A stretch of DNA of 64,000 bases from Bacteroidales bacterium (GTDB lineage: Bacteria; Bacteroidota; Bacteroidia; Bacteroidales; GWA2-32-17): the NCBI GenBank assembly GCA_013314715.1, contig JABUFC010000011.1, positions 589 to 64,588 of the forward strand. Direction: 5' to 3'. The position numbers and the translations under genes were made by a program. The notes under the pieces are model-generated. The model searched no databases and was not told where the DNA came from. It was given only the letters and a program-made list of their open reading frames with translations. Below are positions 41,733-49,386 of this stretch, one piece after another. Positions within the stretch are counted from its first letter, which is position 1; each line of letters begins with the position of its first letter.

Positions 41733-42443
41733 ATGAAAAGTAAGTCATGTTCTAATTCACCTTCATGTGAAGATTGTGTAATAAACAATATTTCGGTTTT
41801 TAATAAACTGACAGTCGATGAGTTAAACTTACTGAATTTCGAAAAAGTTTGCCATGTATATAAAAAGGGTACCATAATTTATAATGAAGGAAGCCGTATT
41901 AGTGGTTGTTATTGTATTCATAAAGGAATAATTAAGCTTTATAAAACCGGATTTGAAGGCAGGGAACACATTATTCGTTTTGCCAAAAAAGGCGAAATTA
42001 TTGGTTACCGCTCATTATTGAGCAACGATTTTGCTTGTCATACAGCAAAAGTCTTAGAAGATGCACAGGTATGTTTTGTCCCAGGCGAAACGCTCTTCAA
42101 ATTATTAGAAAATAATTCAAAATTTTCGATGGAAATGCTAAAATTAGCTTGTGTGGAGTTGGGTGAGGCAAATGCATTTATAACCGATATTGCTCAAAAA
42201 ACAGTTCGCGAACGATTAGCAGAAGTTTTATTAATTCTTAAAGATTCTTTTGGCTTAGACGAAGAAAAAAATCTTCAAATAGTTCTTACACGCGAAGAAA
42301 TTGGTAATATTATTGGTACTGCAACCGAATCAGTTATTCGTCTTTTAAGTGAGTTCAAAGAAAATAATTGGATCGAAATTAATGGACGGAAAATTAAGAT
42401 CCTCGACGTTAAAGCGATTCAAAAGGTTGCTGCTAAAAAATAA
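41733..42443 (+). CDS. Crp/Fnr family transcriptional regulator (FNR-like N-terminal Cys cluster)
   Basis: N-terminal CSNSPSCEDC, a cNMP-binding beta-barrel, and a C-terminal HTH REEIGNIIGTATESVIRLLSEF. Confidence 0.75.
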   Translation: MKSKSCSNSPSCEDCVINNISVFNKLTVDELNLLNFEKVCHVYKKGTIIYNEGSRISGCYCIHKGIIKLYKTGFEGREHIIRFAKKGEIIGYRSLLSNDFACHTAKVLEDAQVCFVPGETLFKLLENNSKFSMEMLKLACVELGEANAFITDIAQKTVRERLAEVLLILKDSFGLDEEKNLQIVLTREEIGNIIGTATESVIRLLSEFKENNWIEINGRKIKILDVKAIQKVAAKK

Positions 42444-42505
42444 ACCATGTGTTTTAATTGTTTTTTTAATCGATAAAAATATATAAATTTACCACAAAAA
42501 AAATT

Positions 42506-43489
42506 ATGGCAGATTTATCAACAAACTATTTAGGTCTTAAACTTAAAAATCCCATTATAGCAGGCAGTTGTGGTTTAACTAATTCAGTAGATTCTATAAA
42601 AAAACTCGCCGATAATGGCATCGCGGCAATAGTGCTTAAATCATTATTTGAAGAACAAATTTTATTCAATGCAAATGAAAAAACGCACGAAAATCAATAC
42701 GACTATCCCGAAGCTTATGATTATATAAAAAATTATTCAAAATTAAATGATATAGCGACTTACCTTAATTTGATAAGTCAAACTAAATACGAAACCCAAA
42801 TACCGATTATTGCAAGCATCAATTGTGTTTCACCCAACGAATGGGTTACGTTTGCTAAAGACATTGAAAATGCCGGTGCCGATGCACTTGAATTAAACAT
42901 TATGATTTTGTCGAGCAATGCAAAATATTCTAGCCAAGACAACGAACAAATGATGCTCGATATTATTCAAAAAGTACGACAAAATACTAAACTCCCAATA
43001 GCGGTTAAATTAAGCAGCCATTCTTCAGGCTTAGCTCATTTTATTCAAAAACTCGATTGGTCAAAACTAATTCAGGCAATTGTACTTTTTAATCGTCAGT
43101 ATTCACCCGATATTGACATTGAAACTTTAAAAATTACTTCGGCAAATGTTTTAAGTAACCCTACCGATTATGTTGAAAGCTTACGTTGGGTTGCAATTAT
43201 GAGTGATAAAATAAAGATGGATATTGCTGCAACTACGGGCATTTGGGAATCGAAAACCATTATTAAACAACTATTAGCGGGTGCCGATGCAGTTCAAATA
43301 GCAAGTGTTTTGTATAAAAACGGTCCGGTATATATTCAAACGCTTATAAATGAATTAGATTCATGGATGAAACAAAAAGGTTTTAATTCCATTAACGATT
43401 TTAAAGGCAAAATGAGCATGCAAAATACACAAAGCCCTGTTGCTTTTGAACGTATTCAATTTATGCGTTATTTTTCTAACATAGAATAA
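42506..43489 (+). CDS. dihydroorotate dehydrogenase-like flavoprotein (class-1 DHOD/DHPD-like TIM barrel)
   Basis: N-terminus YLGLKLKNPIIAGSCGLT and GADALELNI, typical of the DHOD family. The substrate cannot be assigned. Confidence 0.6.
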   Translation: MADLSTNYLGLKLKNPIIAGSCGLTNSVDSIKKLADNGIAAIVLKSLFEEQILFNANEKTHENQYDYPEAYDYIKNYSKLNDIATYLNLISQTKYETQIPIIASINCVSPNEWVTFAKDIENAGADALELNIMILSSNAKYSSQDNEQMMLDIIQKVRQNTKLPIAVKLSSHSSGLAHFIQKLDWSKLIQAIVLFNRQYSPDIDIETLKITSANVLSNPTDYVESLRWVAIMSDKIKMDIAATTGIWESKTIIKQLLAGADAVQIASVLYKNGPVYIQTLINELDSWMKQKGFNSINDFKGKMSMQNTQSPVAFERIQFMRYFSNIE

Positions 43490-43708
43490 ATGATGAATTA
43501 TCTTAAAAGAGTAATATTGTTCTATGTGGATGGATTTCGGCATTTAAGTACCTTAGGAAAAACTTTATGGATTATTATTTTTATTAAGCTATTTATCATG
43601 TTCTTTATACTCAAACTATTTTTCTTCCCCAATGAGTTGAAAAATAATTTTAAAAATGATCAACAACGTAGCGATTATATTTTGGAACAACTAACTAAAA
43701 CAAAGTAA
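43490..43708 (+). CDS. small membrane protein preceding cydA (DUF4492-like)
   Basis: 72 aa with one hydrophobic helix. Its start abuts the upstream stop (TAAATG) and it ends 1 nt before cydA. Confidence 0.4.
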   Translation: MMNYLKRVILFYVDGFRHLSTLGKTLWIIIFIKLFIMFFILKLFFFPNELKNNFKNDQQRSDYILEQLTKTK

Positions 43709-43709
43709 T

Positions 43710-45239
43710 ATGACCTTATTAGATGCATCATTAATCGATTGGTCGCGAGGGCAATTTGCCTTGACCGCTATTTATCATTGGTTCTTTGTGCCATTAACAC
43801 TAGGATTGTCTTTTATTATGGCAATAACCGAGTCTATTTATGTAAAAACCGGCAACGAAGAATGGAAAAAAATTACAAAATTTTGGATGACCTTGTTTGG
43901 TATTAACTTCGCCATTGGAGTGGCTACCGGAATTATTTTAGAATTTGAATTTGGTACCAACTGGTCGAAGTATTCGTGGATTGTAGGCGATATTTTTGGT
44001 GCTCCCCTTGCAGTAGAAGGAATTTTTGCCTTTTTCCTCGAATCTACATTTATTGCAGTAATGTTTTTTGGATGGGAAAAATTGAGCAAAAAGTTTCATT
44101 TATTCTCAACATGGATGGTAGCATTTGGATCTAATTTATCGGCCTTGTGGATTTTGGTCGCTAATGCATGGATGAACTATCCTGCTGGTATGACTTTTAA
44201 TCCTGATTCGGCTCGCAACGAAATGCAAAGCTTTGGCGAAGTTGCACTATCGCCTTTTGCAGTCAATAAATTTTTACATACCATCACTTCAAGCTATGTG
44301 GTTGCAGCTATTTTTGTAATTGGAGTAAGTTCTTGGTACTTACTTAAAAACAGACATGTACTAATGGCTAAAAAAAGCATTTTAGTCGCTTCTGTTTTTG
44401 GGTTGCTTTCTTCGTTGGCTATTATTATTACAGGTGATGGTTCGGCTTATCAGGTTGCACAAAAACAACCGATGAAGTTAGCCGCTATGGAAGGCTTATA
44501 CGATGGGCAGAAAGGAGCCGGCTTAATTGTTTTGGGTATGCTAAACCCTGCTAAAGAAGTTTCTAATAGCGAAGATCCATATTATTTTAAAATTCAAATT
44601 CCAAAAATGCTTTCGTTTTTAGGTTACCGCAATGGCGACGCTTTCGTACCGGGTATTAAAGATTTGATTTATGGTAATGAACAATATGGCATCGAACCTG
44701 CTCAAAAAAGAATTGAACGTGGAAAAATAAGTGTTAATGCTCTTAAAGAATACAAAGAAGCCAAAGTTGCCGGCGATACTGCCAAAATGAACACCGCCTT
44801 GGCTACTTTTAAAGAGACATTTCCAGATTTTGGATATGCTTATTTCGAAAACATTGAGCGTTTAGTTCCTAATGTAGCGTTGGTATTTTATTCTTTCCAT
44901 ATCATGGTAGGCTTGGGATTTTATTTTGTACTCCTGTTTTTAATTGTTTTATGGTTTTCATTTAAGGAAAAACTACAACAGAAAAAATGGTTATTGCGTT
45001 TGGCATTATTTACCATTCCTTTAGGTTATTTGGCTTCACAATTAGGATGGGTGGTTGCCGAAGTAGGTCGTCAACCATGGGCAATACAAGATATTTTGCC
45101 GGTATTTAAAGCCACATCGCATTTGTCGGTGGGAGCAGTACAAACCACTTTCTTTTTATTTTTAGCCTTATTTACCGTTCTGCTTATTGCAGAAATAAGA
45201 ATATTAGTTAAACAAATTAAAAACGGACCAAAAGAATAA
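43710..45239 (+). CDS. cydA: cytochrome bd ubiquinol oxidase subunit I
   Basis: N-terminus SRGQFALTAIYHWFFVPLTLG, a Q-loop region, and GWVVAEVGRQPW near the C-terminus. Confidence 0.93.
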   Translation: MTLLDASLIDWSRGQFALTAIYHWFFVPLTLGLSFIMAITESIYVKTGNEEWKKITKFWMTLFGINFAIGVATGIILEFEFGTNWSKYSWIVGDIFGAPLAVEGIFAFFLESTFIAVMFFGWEKLSKKFHLFSTWMVAFGSNLSALWILVANAWMNYPAGMTFNPDSARNEMQSFGEVALSPFAVNKFLHTITSSYVVAAIFVIGVSSWYLLKNRHVLMAKKSILVASVFGLLSSLAIIITGDGSAYQVAQKQPMKLAAMEGLYDGQKGAGLIVLGMLNPAKEVSNSEDPYYFKIQIPKMLSFLGYRNGDAFVPGIKDLIYGNEQYGIEPAQKRIERGKISVNALKEYKEAKVAGDTAKMNTALATFKETFPDFGYAYFENIERLVPNVALVFYSFHIMVGLGFYFVLLFLIVLWFSFKEKLQQKKWLLRLALFTIPLGYLASQLGWVVAEVGRQPWAIQDILPVFKATSHLSVGAVQTTFFLFLALFTVLLIAEIRILVKQIKNGPKE

Positions 45240-46369
45240 TGCATATGTTTGAATCAATGGAATTATCGAGTTTGCAGCAATATTGGTGGATTATAATATC
45301 CATACTGGGAGCTGCTTTAGTCTTTCTACTTTTTGTTCAAGGTGGTCAGACGTTATTGTTTCAGGTGGCTAAAAACGACACCGAACGTTCACTTTTAGTA
45401 AATGCCTTGGGACGCAAGTGGGAATTAACTTTTACAACGTTGGTAACCTTTGGCGGTGCTTTCTTTGCTTCGTTCCCATTATTTTATTCTACCAGTTTTG
45501 GGGGAGCTTATTGGGTGTGGATGTTGATTCTTTTTGGGTTTATTGTTCAGGCTGTATCGTATGAATTTCGTTCTAAAATGGGCAATTTTTTAGGAAAACG
45601 CACATACGAAATCTTTTTGTTTGCCAATGGGCTATTAGCCACTGTTTTATTGGGAGCTGCAGTTAGCACATTCTTTACCGGAAGTGCTTTTACGGTAGAT
45701 GAATATAACTTATCAAAATGGGATTTGCCTACCCACGGCTTAGAAGCTGCTTTCAATATTCAAAATTTATGTTTAGGCTTAGCAGTTTTCTTTTTATCGA
45801 GAATGTTGGGGGCCATGTATTTCATTAATACTATTCAACACGAACAAATAATAGAGCGGTCAAAAAAGCAAGTTCTTTGGAATGGGCTAATTTTCGTAGT
45901 TTTTTTTCTCAGTTTTTTAGGAATGCTTTTAACTCAGGAAGGATATGCAGTAAACAATGGCATTGTTTCGCTTGAACCGTATAAGTATTTGCATAATCTA
46001 TTAGCGATGCCCATTGTATTGGTAATGTTTTTAATAGGTGTAGTTTTGGTTTTATTAGCATGGTTCAGAGGTTTTACAAAAGCCATTAACAGAGCTTTTT
46101 GGTGTGCTTCGGTTGGAGTCGTTTTAGTAGTTTTAGCATTATTCTTTATTGCAGGATTTAACAATACCTCGTTCTATCCGTCGTACACCAATTTACAATC
46201 GTCGTTAACTATTTATAATGCTTCATCGAGCCATTATACTTTAACGGTGATGAGTTATGTGTCGCTTTTTGTGCCAGTAGTTATTTTATACATTGCATTG
46301 GCATGGAAATCACTAGCCAAAAAGAAAATAGACACAACCGAACTCGATGAAAATTCACATGTTTATTAA
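45239..46369 (+). CDS. cydB: cytochrome bd ubiquinol oxidase subunit II
   Basis: Polytopic 376-aa protein overlapping the cydA stop by 1 nt (TAATG), with CydB-like N-terminal helices. Confidence 0.88.
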   Translation: MHMFESMELSSLQQYWWIIISILGAALVFLLFVQGGQTLLFQVAKNDTERSLLVNALGRKWELTFTTLVTFGGAFFASFPLFYSTSFGGAYWVWMLILFGFIVQAVSYEFRSKMGNFLGKRTYEIFLFANGLLATVLLGAAVSTFFTGSAFTVDEYNLSKWDLPTHGLEAAFNIQNLCLGLAVFFLSRMLGAMYFINTIQHEQIIERSKKQVLWNGLIFVVFFLSFLGMLLTQEGYAVNNGIVSLEPYKYLHNLLAMPIVLVMFLIGVVLVLLAWFRGFTKAINRAFWCASVGVVLVVLALFFIAGFNNTSFYPSYTNLQSSLTIYNASSSHYTLTVMSYVSLFVPVVILYIALAWKSLAKKKIDTTELDENSHVY

Positions 46370-46388
46370 TTTTTAAAAACAATAGAAT

Positions 46389-46487
46389 ATGTTAAGCTCA
46401 ATTTTATGGTTGTTAATGTGGCCTATATTAATTGCTACATCGTATTATATTACTGTAATGATTTTAAAGAGGAAAAATTGGTTGTAA
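46389..46487 (+). CDS. candidate 32-aa single-TM peptide downstream of cydB (possible CydX-type accessory subunit)
   Basis: ATG 19 nt after the cydB stop. MLSSILWLLMWPILIATSYYITVMILKRKNWL is one hydrophobic helix with a basic tail. It is below the ORF-track size cutoff and has no sequence similarity to E. coli CydX beyond topology. Confidence 0.3.
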   Translation: MLSSILWLLMWPILIATSYYITVMILKRKNWL

Positions 46488-46534
46488 TTATTTGAAAATT
46501 TTGGGTCAAAGCTAAATCATGTTTATAATTGAGG

Positions 46535-46570
46535 CTGGTTTGTTTATTACAAGCCAGTTTCATTTTTATT
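46535..46570. terminator. hairpin terminator between the convergent cyd operon and sigma/anti-sigma operon
   Basis: CTGGTTTG-tttatta-CAAGCCAG (8-bp stem with one G-U pair) followed by TTTCATTTTTATT on the plus strand. Confidence 0.45.
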
Positions 46571-46571
46571 A

Positions 46572-47156
46572 TTAGCGAAGGTTTTCTGTTCGCTGAAATT
46601 TTTTGCCGTTGCTAGAATAAATAAATATCTGATATTTACCTTTTTTTAATGAGCTAATATCGAGAGTATAAAATCCAAATTCATTGATGGTTGGATTATG
46701 AATTACTTTTTTAACGGTTTGAGTACTATCTAAAAATTCAACTTTTTCAATAATAGCGTAAACTGAAGCTTCGAGATGTAAAACAGAATTTTCTACATTT
46801 ACAGGTGTTTGTTTTTGGGTTGACTTTAATTTTATATAATTTGTTTGAGGCTTTGTATTATTTTGAATGTTTGTTGGATATGTAATTGCTCTTTCGGGAA
46901 CTGAAATATGGTTTACAGCTATGCTCTTTGCAATAGTTGATGTTTGGTGTGGACGTGTAGAAAAATAAAACGTTAGCGTAAGTCCAACTATCAGTAAAAT
47001 AGAGCTATACCATATCCAATGCCCTATGCCTTTAATAGGATAATTAGGGATTTGGCTTTGAACCTTGTCCCACACATGGGCAGGGGGTTCAATTTGTTGA
47101 TTTTCTAATTGTTGGTTTAAAAAATCAGCTATGTCAATAATATTATTTGTGTTCAT
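46572..47156 (-). CDS. single-pass membrane protein downstream of the ECF sigma factor (putative anti-sigma factor)
   Basis: Overlaps the sigma gene stop by 14 nt. About 50 aa cytoplasmic, TM WIWYSSILLIVGLTLTFYF, then an extracytoplasmic domain. No recognisable zinc-finger anti-sigma motif. Confidence 0.35.
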   Translation of the reverse strand: MNTNNIIDIADFLNQQLENQQIEPPAHVWDKVQSQIPNYPIKGIGHWIWYSSILLIVGLTLTFYFSTRPHQTSTIAKSIAVNHISVPERAITYPTNIQNNTKPQTNYIKLKSTQKQTPVNVENSVLHLEASVYAIIEKVEFLDSTQTVKKVIHNPTINEFGFYTLDISSLKKGKYQIFIYSSNGKKFQRTENLR

Positions 47157-47691
47157 ATATCACATTATTTAAATTCATTATTTTTTCTTGTAATATTTTT
47201 TTAGCTTTTGAATATTGTCCTTTTGAAGTCATGATCGATATGCCTAGCAGTTGTGCAATTTCTTTATGGCTATAGCCCTCAAAAGCATAAAGGTTAAATA
47301 TTAAACGTTTTCCTTCGGGCAACGATTGTATTAATCGAAACAAATCTTGAGCTCCTAATTGTGCAATAGCATCGTTTACAGAAATAAGGGTTTCGTCTGT
47401 ATTTGATTCATTCATTTCTTCAAAAGGTTCGGCATATTTTTTTATATGATCGAGGGCCGTGTTAACCACAATACGACGTACCCAACCCTCAAAAGAACCG
47501 CTAAAATTGAAAGTTGGTAAATATTTAAACACTTTTATAAAGGCTTCTTGTAAAATATCTTCGGCGGCAACACGTTTACTTGCATAACGCAAACAAACAG
47601 CATACATTTTAGGTGCTAAGCTGTCGTAAAGCTTTTTTTGCGAAGCTTTATCGTTTTTTAAACATTGTTCTATGGTTGTTTTATCAATCAT
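47143..47691 (-). CDS. ECF (group 4) RNA polymerase sigma-70 factor
   Basis: Region 2 (EDILQEAFIKVF...WVRRIVVNTALD) and region 4 HTH (YSHKEIAQLLGISIMTSKGQYSKAKKIL). Confidence 0.85.
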   Translation of the reverse strand: MIDKTTIEQCLKNDKASQKKLYDSLAPKMYAVCLRYASKRVAAEDILQEAFIKVFKYLPTFNFSGSFEGWVRRIVVNTALDHIKKYAEPFEEMNESNTDETLISVNDAIAQLGAQDLFRLIQSLPEGKRLIFNLYAFEGYSHKEIAQLLGISIMTSKGQYSKAKKILQEKIMNLNNVIYEHK

Positions 47692-47849
47692 GAACGATGG
47701 GTATTTTTGCTAGTTTTTTGACGATTTTGATACCACAATATAGCAATTTTTTCGATAGTTTTCAAAAAGACAATTATACCTAGAACAATAAAGAAAATAC
47801 CAAAAGCGGTACCAGCACTAAAAATGGTATCTATTATCGACTTTATCAT
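47688..47849 (-). CDS. candidate 53-aa membrane peptide
   Basis: Uninterrupted ORF MIKSIIDTIFSAGTAFGIFFIVLGIIVFLKTIEKIAILWYQNRQKTSKNTHRS. ATGA start/stop overlaps occur at both ends, with the 117-aa ORF upstream and the sigma gene downstream. Below the ORF-track cutoff. Confidence 0.4.
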   Translation of the reverse strand: MIKSIIDTIFSAGTAFGIFFIVLGIIVFLKTIEKIAILWYQNRQKTSKNTHRS

Positions 47850-48199
47850 ATCGCTTTAGATTTTAAATTGGTAAATTCAAAACCTTTTTGGGTGGGAATT
47901 GTAAAATGTCTCCACTGAAGGGCTTTTTGCTTGATTTCCTTAAACCATTTGTTTTTTATATTTTGCAACAAATTACCATTTGTATCGAAAACCTGACATA
48001 GGTAAATGTTGTTTTCAAAAGGTTGATTGTTTGCTGGTTTTAAAATAAAATCGTCATCGCAAACAAACATAAGACCTAAAATATCTGAAGCATCAATTTT
48101 AATCCCTTTTGAAAATAATTCATCTTTTAAAGAAAATGGCACTTTTAAAATGTGCTTTTGATTATAGATATCGAAAAAAACTAATTCAATGGTTTTCAT
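47846..48199 (-). CDS. hypothetical protein, possibly a stand-alone glutamine-synthetase N-terminal (beta-grasp)-like domain
   Basis: IELVFFDIYNQKHILKVPF...GIKIDASDILGL...DDDFILKP...NNIYLCQVFDTNGN follows the spacing of the Gln-synt_N pattern (V.F.D..G....IP...G..FDGSSI.G...D..L.PD...C.V....G). Recognised by eye only. Confidence 0.3.
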   Translation of the reverse strand: MKTIELVFFDIYNQKHILKVPFSLKDELFSKGIKIDASDILGLMFVCDDDFILKPANNQPFENNIYLCQVFDTNGNLLQNIKNKWFKEIKQKALQWRHFTIPTQKGFEFTNLKSKAI

Positions 48200-48202
48200 A
48201 AC

Positions 48203-49225
48203 TTACATTTTTAAAAGTAAAACACTTACAATTACTGATATAGGCTTATTGAGATATATAATTAATCCCGAAAGCACAAAAAGAACATTTATGGCATAAA
48301 GAATTACAACTACTTGTTTTTGGTTGAGTCCGGTTTTTAGTAATAAATGATGAATATGGTCTTTTCCTGGCAAATAAGGGGCTTTTTTCTGCATTAAACG
48401 TACAACAAAGACTCTAACTGCATCTAAGAACGGCAATAATAATATTCCACTAATAACCCATATAAACATTTTCTTTTCGTAAATACCTAATTCATTGATA
48501 TGATAATGAAACTGAAACGTGTTAAATGCTGCTACTATCAGAAGAAAGCCAATAATCATAGAGCCCGTATCGCCCATAAAAATTTTGGCAGGATGGGTAT
48601 TAAAAACTAAGAAACCTATTAATGCTCCTGATAGTGTAATGCACATCCATGCGAGTGGAAAGTTTCCAAAATGAAAATTGAGTATGCCAAAAACTGAAAA
48701 ATTAATTAAAGCTAAGCCACCTGCCAATCCATCCATTCCGTCAATTAAATTAAAGGCGTTGATATATAAAATAATAAAAATGACTAAACTAATAGGTTGT
48801 AGAAACAAAGGAATAAAATCAAGTCCGGTTTGTTCAAACAACACCGAATAGTTAAATCCCATTACAATGAAAATAAACGAAGCGGTAACTTGAAAAAACA
48901 ATTTTATAAACCAACGTAATCCGTATATATCATCTAAAATTCCTGCTATTAAAAGTATAGAAAGCGAAAACCAAAAATATTGTGGTAAGTTAAATTTACT
49001 TAAAGTGAGGTAAGTTATGAATAGTGAAACAAAAATGCCAATTCCGCCCATGGTTGCGGTTTTATTTTGATGAATTTTTCGTTGATCGGGAGTGTCGAAG
49101 CAGTTTAACCACTTGTTAATTTGAATAATGACTGGCATCATGGTAATACTAATAAAAAAAGCGAATATTAAGCTAATTAACCAGAACGAATCGGCGGGTA
49201 TAATATTTAGTTCGTTGGTTATCAT
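48203..49225 (-). CDS. polyprenyl-phosphate N-acetylhexosamine-1-phosphate transferase (WecA/MraY family, GT4)
   Basis: About 10 TM helices. DTPDQRKIHQNKTATMGGIGIF, NLIDGMDGLAGG and FMGDTGSM motifs. Confidence 0.8.
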   Translation of the reverse strand: MITNELNIIPADSFWLISLIFAFFISITMMPVIIQINKWLNCFDTPDQRKIHQNKTATMGGIGIFVSLFITYLTLSKFNLPQYFWFSLSILLIAGILDDIYGLRWFIKLFFQVTASFIFIVMGFNYSVLFEQTGLDFIPLFLQPISLVIFIILYINAFNLIDGMDGLAGGLALINFSVFGILNFHFGNFPLAWMCITLSGALIGFLVFNTHPAKIFMGDTGSMIIGFLLIVAAFNTFQFHYHINELGIYEKKMFIWVISGILLLPFLDAVRVFVVRLMQKKAPYLPGKDHIHHLLLKTGLNQKQVVVILYAINVLFVLSGLIIYLNKPISVIVSVLLLKM

Positions 49226-49370
49226 GGCTTTTTTATTACAAGACTTTAGATATTAAAAAAAGGTTTCCATGGTATAATTTTTTTTAAGAAAGTTGTTTTA
49301 AAAAATTTCGCTACGAATGAAGACCTTTTTTATTGTTTATTGAATAATTGTTAGTGATAAATCATTTTTT

Positions 49371-49378
49371 TATCTTTG
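49371..49378 (+). promoter_or_regulatory. -7 promoter box TAtcTTTG upstream of the PD40/Omp85-like gene
   Basis: Lies inside the ORF-track TTG-start extension (49348) and 8 nt upstream of ATG 49387, supporting the shorter ORF. Confidence 0.35.
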
Positions 49379-49386
49379 TGGACTTT

